A DNA stretch of 64,000 nt from an uncultured bacterium. GTDB taxonomy: Bacteria > UBA8481. A program made the position numbers and the translations under genes. Shown here piece after piece: positions 44,247-53,193 of this stretch. A model generated the notes under the pieces. The model was not told where the DNA came from. It made no database searches and saw only the letters and a program-made list of their open reading frames with translations. The DNA is taken from contig CAZCME010000002.1 of NCBI GenBank assembly GCA_964499705.1, positions 186,001 through 250,000 of the forward strand, read 5' to 3'. Numbering within the stretch: position 1 is the stretch's first letter; the number at the start of each line of letters is the position of its first letter.

Positions 44247-44895
44247 GCTTAAGGATCGCCTGATCCAGCTTCAGGATGCCGCGGAGTCGATTGGGCAGAA
44301 GCGCCAGCGGCGGATTGGCATAGAAAAGCTCGGTCCTGACGGATGAAAACTGCCGCCGCAACTGCTCTTCCACGGCCTCCAGCGAATGCCAGGATGCGAT
44401 CCGGCCGTATGTCGTGTCGAAGCGCCGCCAGAGGCTCATCCAGGGATTTCCCGAAAGCGGCTCCACGATGACGAGTTGTCCTCCGGGAGCCAGAATGCGT
44501 CGGCATTCCCGCACGGCGGATTCCAGATCGAGATGCATGAGCACCGAATCGCAGAACACGAACCGGAACATGCCGTTCCGGAACGGTAGAATCGACCCCG
44601 TGCCCTGCACGGCTCGGAACCGGTCCGATAGAGTGCGCAACAGGAAATGAGAGAGGTCGAGAACGATGACCTCGTGACCGGCTTCTTTCCATTTTTTCGC
44701 GGAGGCGCCCGGCCCGGGTCCGATTTCCAGAAGAAGCCCCGGATTATTCCGGACGGCTTCCGAGACCTCGTTCTCGCCCTTGCTCACGGCTTCCTCCCTC
44801 ATCCGCCCCAGGACGGACGTTTCTCCGAAGGCTTTCCTGCTCTCCTTCGATTCGTAGAATGCGCGAAGCGCGGCTTGATCGACCCTGTTGGACAT
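44200..44895 (-). CDS. Class I SAM-dependent methyltransferase
   Basis: LLEIGPGPG, LPFRNGMF, RILAPGG. Confidence 0.85.
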   Translation of the reverse strand: MSNRVDQAALRAFYESKESRKAFGETSVLGRMREEAVSKGENEVSEAVRNNPGLLLEIGPGPGASAKKWKEAGHEVIVLDLSHFLLRTLSDRFRAVQGTGSILPFRNGMFRFVFCDSVLMHLDLESAVRECRRILAPGGQLVIVEPLSGNPWMSLWRRFDTTYGRIASWHSLEAVEEQLRRQFSSVRTELFYANPPLALLPNRLRGILKLDQAILKLKPSLAWMGVFVART

Positions 44896-44901
44896 GCAGC
44901 C

Positions 44902-45531
44902 CTAGTTCCTGACCGCGGTTGCAACCCAGAAAGGGAAGAGAGAGAAAAAGAATACTTTTCGAACCTGGAGAATGTGGAGGCCGGCCGCGACCAGGTGTTC
45001 GCGCAGGAGAGATTCTTCATAGAGATGATAGTAGTCGCCGGCACCCTGGTAACCCGCTCTCGCCATGATTCGCAGCAGTCCTTCCCATAGTCGGCTCGCT
45101 GCCGGCACAGCCACCATCACATACCCGGCGATGCGTCCCATCTCCTTCAGCACGGGGATGGGATCGATGAAATGCTCCAGAGTGGAGATATTGAAAGCCA
45201 GCCCGATCGAGCCGGTGCGAAAGGGCGCCGCATAGGCATTTCCGACAATGCCTCGGATTCGTCCGCCGCTCTCATCGGCGATGCGTCGCAGCACGAAATG
45301 AGAGAGATCGAGCGCGAAGACAGAACCGCGGCCGGTGTCCGCCAGCCGGAAACCGGCGGCGGCGCGGCCCGAACCGATTTCGCAGGCGGGGAAAACGCGT
45401 GCTTCCCGCGGGAGGGCGTCAAGGACCTGCGAAGCCATGATGTGCTTTCGCACGGGTTGAAGGAGCGGTTCCCAGGCCGAGCGGAGCTGGCGGGTCCAGA
45501 TCGCGTCCCATCGCCGGCGCGAGTTGATCAC
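44902..45531 (-). CDS. Class I SAM-dependent methyltransferase
   Basis: EIGSGRA, ALDLS, STLEHF; GTG 45531 overlaps the gdh stop (TAGTG). Confidence 0.8.
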   Translation of the reverse strand: MINSRRRWDAIWTRQLRSAWEPLLQPVRKHIMASQVLDALPREARVFPACEIGSGRAAAGFRLADTGRGSVFALDLSHFVLRRIADESGGRIRGIVGNAYAAPFRTGSIGLAFNISTLEHFIDPIPVLKEMGRIAGYVMVAVPAASRLWEGLLRIMARAGYQGAGDYYHLYEESLLREHLVAAGLHILQVRKVFFFSLFPFWVATAVRN

Positions 45532-48500
45532 TACAGCGCCGCAAGATTCCGAATCTGTCCGGATATGACGATGAACGGCGCGATGGAATGCGGTTCCTCG
45601 CTCTCGATCCGCGCGATGGCGGACTGGAGCGTTTCCCACGAGCGATAGCGCTGGCCGGTGTATTCGTCGAAGGTGACGCCGAGATCCATGATGCGCGACG
45701 CGATGCGACGGCGCGACTGACGCAATTCCGCGATGACATCTGTCGCTGCCGATCCGTCCCAGTCGCTCCGCAGCGGCATCGATTTCAGGCGGCGAATCAG
45801 GTACTCAAGGCGGAGCCTGTCGCCGATGGCGTAGAGCATCCTGCCGGTGGCGCTGATCGGGCGATCCTGGGCGCGCGCGAGCTGGACGATATCGAGAAGC
45901 GACGGGATGAATTCCAGCAGGCTCATGCGCTCCGCGAAATCCCTCTTCATGCCCGCCAGGATCCGGTTCTGGATCATGCCCTCGAACGACTTCCGCTCGT
46001 CGTCCGGCAGCATCGCGGGCAGGAGCGGAAGAAATCGCTCGGGCAGCCGCGCGAATTCCGGCAGACCTTTTTCCATCCGTCCGCGGAGATCCTTCACGTT
46101 CCTGACGAGCCAGCGGGCGGCCAGGACGACCGCTTCGTCGGCCACGAGGAGCTCATCGTAGCAAAGAGCCGAGGAGAGATTTCCGTCGAGCGCGGAAAGG
46201 CGATCGAAGAGCGGATCGATGCCGAGGATCTCGCGCGCGATCAGGAGGCTTTCGACGACGCGCGACGCGGCCAGCCCGAGTTCGCTCGTCAGCCTGTGAA
46301 TCGCGGTCGCGCCGTGGAAGTTCACGATGGCATTCGTCAGCACGGTCGCGAGGATGTGATCGCGGAGCCGGTGCGCGGGAATGGTCCGCTCGAATTTGCG
46401 GCGCACATCCTCGGAAAAGTAGCGAACGGTGTAGCGGTCCATGCTGGACCGGCTGATGAGGGGCGAATCCAGGAGCCGGGAAGTGAGATCGATCTTGGCA
46501 TAGCTGAGGAGCACGCAGAGCTCCGGTTTCACGAGACCCGTGGAGGCCGCGGTTCGTTCGCGGATGACGTCCTCATCCGGGAGATTTTCGAGCGCGGGAT
46601 CCAGAACGCCCCGGCGCTGGAGGCTGGAGATGGCGGCGGCGAAGGGAGCCAGGCGCCGGCGCGAACGCAGCTCATCGAGGGAGACGGCGAGGGTCTGATG
46701 GAGATTATCCGCGAGAACATCCCGGATGATGGATTCCTTGAAGGCCATCAGATGCCGTGTGCGATCGGCCTCGCCCTGCGCGTGGCCGACCTTTCGCCGC
46801 GCCCGGCCGTCGAGAAGAATCTTGAGATTGACCTCATGATCGGAGAGATCCACGCCCGCGGAATTATCCATGGCGTCGGTGTAGATGCGCCCTCCGCCGC
46901 GCGCGAGCCCGGCCAGCGCGAATTCGATCCGCGCGCTCTGCGTGAACCCGAGATTTCCGCCTTCGCCGACGACGGAGCAGCGAAGCTTCGAGGCATCGAC
47001 CCGGATCTGATCGTTCTGCGGATCGCCGACCTCGGAGTTCGGCTCGTGAGACGCCTTGACGTACGTGCCGATGCCGCCGTTGTAAAGCAGGTCGACACGC
47101 GCCGTCAGGAGGACGCGGATGAGGGAATCGGGATCGAGGGAAACCGCGTCGATGCCGAGGCGGGCGCGGATCTCGGGTGAGAGCGGGATCGATTTCGAGG
47201 AGCGAGAAAAAACGCCGCCTCCCCTGGAAATGATCCTGGAGTTGAAATCGGCCCAGGAAGATCGCGGAAGGGCGAAGAGCCGCCTGCGTTCCTTCCAGGA
47301 TTTATCCGGATCCGGGTCGGGATCGAGGAGGATGTCGCGATGATCGAAGGCGCCGATCAGCATGATCGTGCGGGAAAGGAGAAGACCGTTGCCGAAGACG
47401 TCGCCCGACATGTCGCCGATGCCGATCGCGGTGAACGATTCGCGCTCGATGTTCCGTCCCATGTCGCGAAAATGCCGCATCACGGAAATCCATGCTCCGC
47501 GTGCCGTGATTCCCTCCACCTTGTGGTCGTATCCGTTCGATCCTCCGGAGGCGAAGGCGTCGCCGAGCCAGAAACCGTATTCGAGGGAGAGGGCGTTTGC
47601 CGTGTCGGAAAATTTCGCGGTGCCCTTGTCGGCGGCGACGACGAGATAGGGATCGTCGCCGTCGTGCGCGATGACGCGGTCGGGGCGGACGATGCGACCC
47701 GTGGACCGGTCGATGTTGTCCTGCATGTCGAGCATCGCCCGGATAAGCATCTGGTAGCAGGCGCGGACTTCTTCTCCGAGGGCGGCCCTGTCCACGGGTT
47801 CGCGCTTGACGATGAATCCTCCCTTGGCTCCTGTCGGAACGATCTGTGCGTTCTTGGTGATCTGCGTCTTCATGAGGCCGAGAATTTCGGTGCGGAAATC
47901 CTCGGGCCGTTCCGACCAGCGGATTCCTCCGCGGGCCACCGGCCCGCCGCGCAAGTGACACCCTTCCATGCGCGCGCCGCCGTACACGATGATCTCCCGC
48001 CACGGCCGCGGCGCGGGCATGCGGGAGATCTTCGCGCAATCGATCTTCAGGGCGATCGCCCGGTCGGGCGAGACCGGCCGCATGAAGAAGTTCGTGCGCA
48101 CGGCGGCGTCGATGATGTTGCTGAAAGCGCGGAGCGCCCTGTCGTCGTCGAGGGAGGAGATCTTCGAGAGGCTGTTCTGGAAATCGGCGGAACATTTGTT
48201 CCAGGCCCGTGGGGAGGCGCGGTCCGGATCGAATTTCGCGGCGAAGAGAGCGATGAGGAGGCGCGCCGCATCGGGGTGCGACAGGAGCGTGCGGTTGACG
48301 CTCTTCTTCGCGGGAATGGCGCCGGTCTGGCGGGCGTAATTGCGCATCATCCTGAGGAGATCGATCTCGGCGGTGCTCATGCCGGCGGAGACGATGAGCC
48401 CGCACAGGCTGTCATGATCGATCCTGCCGGTGAAGGAAGCGAGGATGCTCTCCGCGACCGCGCGCCCGCGCTCATCGTCCACGAGCGTCAGTTCGCGGGG

Positions 48501-50381
48501 CGACTTGTCGCGTGGCGACTTGTCTCGCAGAGCTCTGGCGCGCAACCGGAAGATGTGGAGATGAACCGGGCGCGAGGGAATGGAGACGAAAAAGGAATTT
48601 TCCTCGTCGATGATGAAATCGTGATCGACGAGAATCGGCGCGATATCGGAGACGGCCAGCTTGCGGCCGGGGCTGAAGATCTTGAGATAGCTGATGCCGG
48701 AGAATCGCGAAGGCCGTCCCCAGCGCATGACAGGACCGTCGTCGGGATTCTCCAGATCCGCGATGTCGTCCGCGGCCAGGTCCGGGTCCACGATCACCTT
48801 GTAGGATTCATCGAAGGCGGCGGCATAGACCTGGAGGAGCGATTCGGCGCGCGCACCGTATCGGGCGCGCAGCGCGGCTTCGAACCGCTGGTCCCAGGTG
48901 CGCACGGCGGAGAGAATGAGGGGCGCGAGACTGTCGACGATGTCCGCGCGATTCGTGGGAATGTGAAACTGGAGCCGGACGAGACCTCCTTCCGCGGAAT
49001 CCGCGATGACACGCGACTCCAGCGACGAGGCTCCCGTAAGGGGAAGCGCGATTTCCTCGACCCGGTCCCGCATCGACGGGCGATACCTGTCCTGCGGCAT
49101 CACGAGAAGAATGGAAATCCCGCTGCCGGCCGGATCGTAGCGAACGGCGATCTGGACATCGCCCGAAGATCCGCGCTGGCCCGTGATGGAACGGGCCGCG
49201 ACGGAACGGAGCGAAAGTTCGAACTCGCGCGCCAGGTCGGACGTCTGGGTCAGGAGGAGCGAATCGACGCGATAACCGGAGAAAAGGCCAAGCAGCTCCC
49301 GGTCGTCGAAGGAGCCTTTCGCGATGCGCAGCATCTCCCGGATCCGCGCGTACTTTCTCCGGAGGATGGGCGCGTCCACCTTGGATTCGAAATCGGTCCT
49401 GTCGGAATAATGCCCGTAGAAAAGACATTCGCGGGCGATGTTTCCGCGCTTGTCCAGCTCCCGGAACGAGATCATGTCCAGCGATCCCTCCATGTACAGG
49501 GACATGCCGGCCTGCGACTTGGAAAGATGAAGCAGCGGATCGTCGCCCGGGATGGCGGCCGTTTCCTCTCTCCGGAGAAGCTCCGCCGATGGACCGGTGA
49601 GGATGCCGAGCCGGGATCCGCGGATTTCGCGGCAGGTTCTGCGTCGCGCGCTACCGCGGATCGCGGATTCGATCGCGCCGAGAAATACAAAGCGACCGTC
49701 GGCCAGCCAGCGGATGAAGTCCGCGGCCTCGCTGCATTCCGATTCCGCGAGGTTTGACCGCCAGCTTGAAACAACGGACATCATGCGGAGCCAACGGTCG
49801 CGCATCGGGATGAAATCGGCAATGGCCCGTTCGAGATCCTTCATCACGTCCTCGATTCGCGAAGCGAACGTCGCCGGCAGGGCCTGGCCGCCGGTTTCGA
49901 GGATGATGAACGATTCTCGCGGCGCATCCGGTCTTGAATCGGCGGCAATGCGCTGAAGTGCGCCGGAGGCGGAACGTGTGACGGAGATTACGGGGTGAAG
50001 CGCGAGCTCAATCTGAATGTCCTGTCTTCGGCAGAATTCCCTCAGCGTCCTGAGAAGAAACGGGCGATCGTCCTGGAGAATCATGATGATGCGGTCCGAG
50101 ACGCGGATGAGCCGGCGGCCGGATGGGCGCTTCTTGAGGAGCGAGTACGTTATTTCGACGAGTCGCCTGATCCGGCCGCTGTCGCGAGTCTCCAGAATGG
50201 CTTCCGGCATGCTTCCGATGAGGATCCGGGCCCAGGCGCGAAGGGTGTCGCTCATGGCGACATGGCGGGTGATTTCGCGGATGGCGCCATCCCGGGCCGG
50301 ATGCGTCCTCTGGATCTGGTGTTGTTCCACGGGGAGAAGGTGTCGTTTCTGACGGCGCAACGCCATGCGTTTATTCTCCAC
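45531..50381 (-). CDS. gdhB: Large NAD-specific glutamate dehydrogenase
   Basis: ARGGIRWSER, DDPYLVVAADKGTA, GIGDMSGDVFGNG, EGGNLG, DNSAGVDLSDHEVN. Start uncertain (50366 or later). Confidence 0.95.
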   Translation of the reverse strand: MENKRMALRRQKRHLLPVEQHQIQRTHPARDGAIREITRHVAMSDTLRAWARILIGSMPEAILETRDSGRIRRLVEITYSLLKKRPSGRRLIRVSDRIIMILQDDRPFLLRTLREFCRRQDIQIELALHPVISVTRSASGALQRIAADSRPDAPRESFIILETGGQALPATFASRIEDVMKDLERAIADFIPMRDRWLRMMSVVSSWRSNLAESECSEAADFIRWLADGRFVFLGAIESAIRGSARRRTCREIRGSRLGILTGPSAELLRREETAAIPGDDPLLHLSKSQAGMSLYMEGSLDMISFRELDKRGNIARECLFYGHYSDRTDFESKVDAPILRRKYARIREMLRIAKGSFDDRELLGLFSGYRVDSLLLTQTSDLAREFELSLRSVAARSITGQRGSSGDVQIAVRYDPAGSGISILLVMPQDRYRPSMRDRVEEIALPLTGASSLESRVIADSAEGGLVRLQFHIPTNRADIVDSLAPLILSAVRTWDQRFEAALRARYGARAESLLQVYAAAFDESYKVIVDPDLAADDIADLENPDDGPVMRWGRPSRFSGISYLKIFSPGRKLAVSDIAPILVDHDFIIDEENSFFVSIPSRPVHLHIFRLRARALRDKSPRDKSPRELTLVDDERGRAVAESILASFTGRIDHDSLCGLIVSAGMSTAEIDLLRMMRNYARQTGAIPAKKSVNRTLLSHPDAARLLIALFAAKFDPDRASPRAWNKCSADFQNSLSKISSLDDDRALRAFSNIIDAAVRTNFFMRPVSPDRAIALKIDCAKISRMPAPRPWREIIVYGGARMEGCHLRGGPVARGGIRWSERPEDFRTEILGLMKTQITKNAQIVPTGAKGGFIVKREPVDRAALGEEVRACYQMLIRAMLDMQDNIDRSTGRIVRPDRVIAHDGDDPYLVVAADKGTAKFSDTANALSLEYGFWLGDAFASGGSNGYDHKVEGITARGAWISVMRHFRDMGRNIERESFTAIGIGDMSGDVFGNGLLLSRTIMLIGAFDHRDILLDPDPDPDKSWKERRRLFALPRSSWADFNSRIISRGGGVFSRSSKSIPLSPEIRARLGIDAVSLDPDSLIRVLLTARVDLLYNGGIGTYVKASHEPNSEVGDPQNDQIRVDASKLRCSVVGEGGNLGFTQSARIEFALAGLARGGGRIYTDAMDNSAGVDLSDHEVNLKILLDGRARRKVGHAQGEADRTRHLMAFKESIIRDVLADNLHQTLAVSLDELRSRRRLAPFAAAISSLQRRGVLDPALENLPDEDVIRERTAASTGLVKPELCVLLSYAKIDLTSRLLDSPLISRSSMDRYTVRYFSEDVRRKFERTIPAHRLRDHILATVLTNAIVNFHGATAIHRLTSELGLAASRVVESLLIAREILGIDPLFDRLSALDGNLSSALCYDELLVADEAVVLAARWLVRNVKDLRGRMEKGLPEFARLPERFLPLLPAMLPDDERKSFEGMIQNRILAGMKRDFAERMSLLEFIPSLLDIVQLARAQDRPISATGRMLYAIGDRLRLEYLIRRLKSMPLRSDWDGSAATDVIAELRQSRRRIASRIMDLGVTFDEYTGQRYRSWETLQSAIARIESEEPHSIAPFIVISGQIRNLAAL

Positions 50382-50425
50382 GTGTGCGAGGCAGTTGCAA
50401 GATGATTAAGATTTTGGATTTCCCG

Positions 50426-51826
50426 CTATTGGGCGCGGAATGGTTTCGTGAGATTCAACGGTTCCAGAAGTTCCGCGGCGCGCTCCGGCGAGAGGAGGTT
50501 CTCCCGCAGCACGATCGCCTTGACGGTCGTATGCTCCGCCTTCGCGATCTTCGCGATCCGGACCGCTTCATCGTGACCGAGGACGGGAACGAGGGACGTC
50601 GAGAGCGCGGAGGAAGCGTCCGCGAGAGATCGCATCTTCTCCTCGTTCGCCTTGATTCCGTCCACGCACCGGGACGCGAAGCTCTCGGCAGCATTCGCGA
50701 GGAGCATGATCTCATCGAGAAGATTCGCGGCCATCATCGGCATCGCGGTGCAGAGCTCGAAGTTCGCGATGCTGCCCGCGGCGGCGATGGCGGCGTCGTG
50801 GCCGATCACCTGCGCTGAGACCTGCATGACCATTTCCGGGATCACGGGATTGACCTTGCCGGGCATGATGGAGCTACCGGGCTGGAGTGCCGGGAGGAGG
50901 AGCTCGAAGAGACCGCTCTCGGGCCCGGACGACATCCAGCGGATGTCATCCGCGATCTTCCTGAGGGAGACCGCGACAACGCGGAGCTGCCCCGAGAGCT
51001 CCACGATGACATCCCGCGCGGCCTGGGCTTCGAAATGGTTCTTTGCCTCGCGGAATGAAATTCCGGTGTATCGCGATATCTCCGCGATGGTTCTCGCGGG
51101 AAATCCGGGCGCGGTGTTGATTCCGGTGCCGACGGCGGTGCCTCCGAGGGCCAGCTCGTGCAGGCGAGGTTCCGTCGCGCGGATCCGCTCGATGGCGAGT
51201 TCGACCTGGCGCGCGTAACCGGAGAATTCCTGGCCGAGCGTCACCGGAGTGGCGTCCTGGAGATGCGTCCGGCCGATCTTGGGGATCCGGTCGAACTTCG
51301 ACGCCTTCGCGGCGAGGGAAGCGTGGAGCTTTTCGAGCGAGGGAATAAGCGTCGCGCGGATCTGGACGGCGGCGGAGACATTCATCGCGGTCGGAATGAC
51401 ATCGTTGGAGGATTGACAGATATTGACGTCGTCATTCGGATGAACATGTTTTTGTCCGCGCGCTCCGCCCTTGATCTCGGCAGCCCTATTGGCCAGGACC
51501 TCGTTCAGGTTCATGTTGGTGGACGTGCCGGAGCCGGTCTGGAAGACGTCGAGCGGGAACTGACCGGGGTGAAGCCCCTCGATCACTTCATCGGCGGCGG
51601 CGATGATCGCATCGGATATTGTCTCGTCATGCAGGATGTTCATCTCCCGGGCGACGACAGCCGCCGAGCGCTTAATGATCGCGATGGCGCGGATGAATTC
51701 GGGAGGCAGCCGCCACCCGCTGATGCGGAAATTCTCGACGGCTCTCTGCGTTTCCGCGCCCCAGTAGGCCTCCTCAGGCAGGATTACATCCCCCATGGCG
51801 TCATGCTCGATGCGTGAACCGGACAT
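50426..51826 (-). CDS. fumC: Class II fumarate hydratase
   Basis: FQTGSGTSTNMN, GRTHLQDATP, GSSIMPGKVNP. Confidence 0.9.
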   Translation of the reverse strand: MSGSRIEHDAMGDVILPEEAYWGAETQRAVENFRISGWRLPPEFIRAIAIIKRSAAVVAREMNILHDETISDAIIAAADEVIEGLHPGQFPLDVFQTGSGTSTNMNLNEVLANRAAEIKGGARGQKHVHPNDDVNICQSSNDVIPTAMNVSAAVQIRATLIPSLEKLHASLAAKASKFDRIPKIGRTHLQDATPVTLGQEFSGYARQVELAIERIRATEPRLHELALGGTAVGTGINTAPGFPARTIAEISRYTGISFREAKNHFEAQAARDVIVELSGQLRVVAVSLRKIADDIRWMSSGPESGLFELLLPALQPGSSIMPGKVNPVIPEMVMQVSAQVIGHDAAIAAAGSIANFELCTAMPMMAANLLDEIMLLANAAESFASRCVDGIKANEEKMRSLADASSALSTSLVPVLGHDEAVRIAKIAKAEHTTVKAIVLRENLLSPERAAELLEPLNLTKPFRAQ

Positions 51827-51832
51827 AAGATG

Positions 51833-51861
51833 AGGATAAAAGCAAAGGAGTCAGGCTGCAA
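51833..51861 (-). promoter_or_regulatory. Leaderless-type sigma70 promoter of fumC
   Basis: TTGCAG-17-TATCCT, then 6 nt to ATG. Confidence 0.65.
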
Positions 51862-51932
51862 GAATGCCGCAAACCTGCGCTCGTAAGACGTGCAATTCCA
51901 ATGCGCATGAAGGCGGGAGCGAGCCATTTCGC

Positions 51933-51961
51933 TTGATTGCGGGCGACCTTATCCGTATCCT
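51933..51961 (+). promoter_or_regulatory. Leaderless-type sigma70 promoter of lysC
   Basis: TTGATT-17-TATCCT, then 8 nt to ATG. Confidence 0.65.
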
Positions 51962-51969
51962 AGCCGATT

Positions 51970-53184
51970 ATGCTCTTTGTTCAGAAATTCGGCGGCTCCT
52001 CAGTCGCCAATGTGGAACGGATCCAGAACGTGGCTCGCCGCGTCGCCAAGGCCGCATCCGCGGGAAACCAGGTGGTCGTCATCGTCTCCGCCATGGGCGA
52101 CACGACCGACGACCTGATCGACCTCGTGAAGAAATTGTCCGACCGCCCGCCGGAACGCGAATACGACGTTCTCCTTTCCACCGGAGAAATCGTTTCCGCG
52201 GCTTTGCTGGCGACCGCTCTGCAGGCGATGGGCCATAAGGCCGTCTCCATGACGGGGACGCAGATCGGCATCCGGACGGACGGCGTATACACGAAAGCGA
52301 AGATCGTGGACATCGACGCATCCCGCATCAGGAAGGAACTGGACAAGGGTTTCATCGTGACCGTTGCCGGTTTCCAGGGGATGGACGAGCGGGGCGACAT
52401 CACGACGCTGGGCCGCGGCGGATCCGACACGACGGCCGTCGCCCTGGCCGCCGCGCTGAAGGCCGATGTCTGCGAGATATTCACGGACGTGGATGGCGTG
52501 TACACGGCCGATCCGCGGATCGTACCGGCGGCGCAGAAGCTTCCGGCGATCGCGTACGACGAAATGCTGGAACTGGCCACGGCGGGAGCGCGCGTCATGC
52601 AGTCGCGCTCCATCGAGTTCGGCGCCAAGTTCGGCGTCAGGATCCATGTGAGATCGTCATTTCATGAAGGAGAAGGCACCATGATTCAGAGTTCCGGAGC
52701 CGGTATGGAGCAGGTACTCATCCGCGGAGTCGCGCACGACACGGAGGAGGCGAAGATCACGGTGACCGATGTGCCCGACAGGCCGGGTATTGCCGCGGAG
52801 ATATTCGGCGCCCTGGCGGACGCGCGCATCAGCGTCGACGTCATCGTCCAGACGGCGACGGAGAACGACACGAACGACATCTCGTTCACCGTCGGCAAGG
52901 CGGATCTGTCGCGCGCCCTGGATATCGTCAAGGCGGCGACGAAGAAGATCGGCGGGGGAGATGTGGCCGCGGACGAGAATATCGCCAAGGTCTCCATCGT
53001 GGGCGTCGCGATGGCGCAGCACTCGGGCGTCGCCGCGACGATGTTCCGGACGCTGGCGGCCGAGAAGATCAACATCCAGATGATCACGACTTCCGAGATC
53101 CGGATATCCGTCATCATCGACAAGGCGCGCGTGGCGGACGCCGCGCGGGCGCTGCATACCGCGTTCGGGCTGGACAAAAGATAA
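51970..53184 (+). CDS. lysC: Aspartate kinase
   Basis: VQKFGGSSV, TLGRGGSDTTA, DVDGVYTADPR, ACT domains. Confidence 0.97.
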   Translation: MLFVQKFGGSSVANVERIQNVARRVAKAASAGNQVVVIVSAMGDTTDDLIDLVKKLSDRPPEREYDVLLSTGEIVSAALLATALQAMGHKAVSMTGTQIGIRTDGVYTKAKIVDIDASRIRKELDKGFIVTVAGFQGMDERGDITTLGRGGSDTTAVALAAALKADVCEIFTDVDGVYTADPRIVPAAQKLPAIAYDEMLELATAGARVMQSRSIEFGAKFGVRIHVRSSFHEGEGTMIQSSGAGMEQVLIRGVAHDTEEAKITVTDVPDRPGIAAEIFGALADARISVDVIVQTATENDTNDISFTVGKADLSRALDIVKAATKKIGGGDVAADENIAKVSIVGVAMAQHSGVAATMFRTLAAEKINIQMITTSEIRISVIIDKARVADAARALHTAFGLDKR

Positions 53185-53193
53185 GGATAAAGG

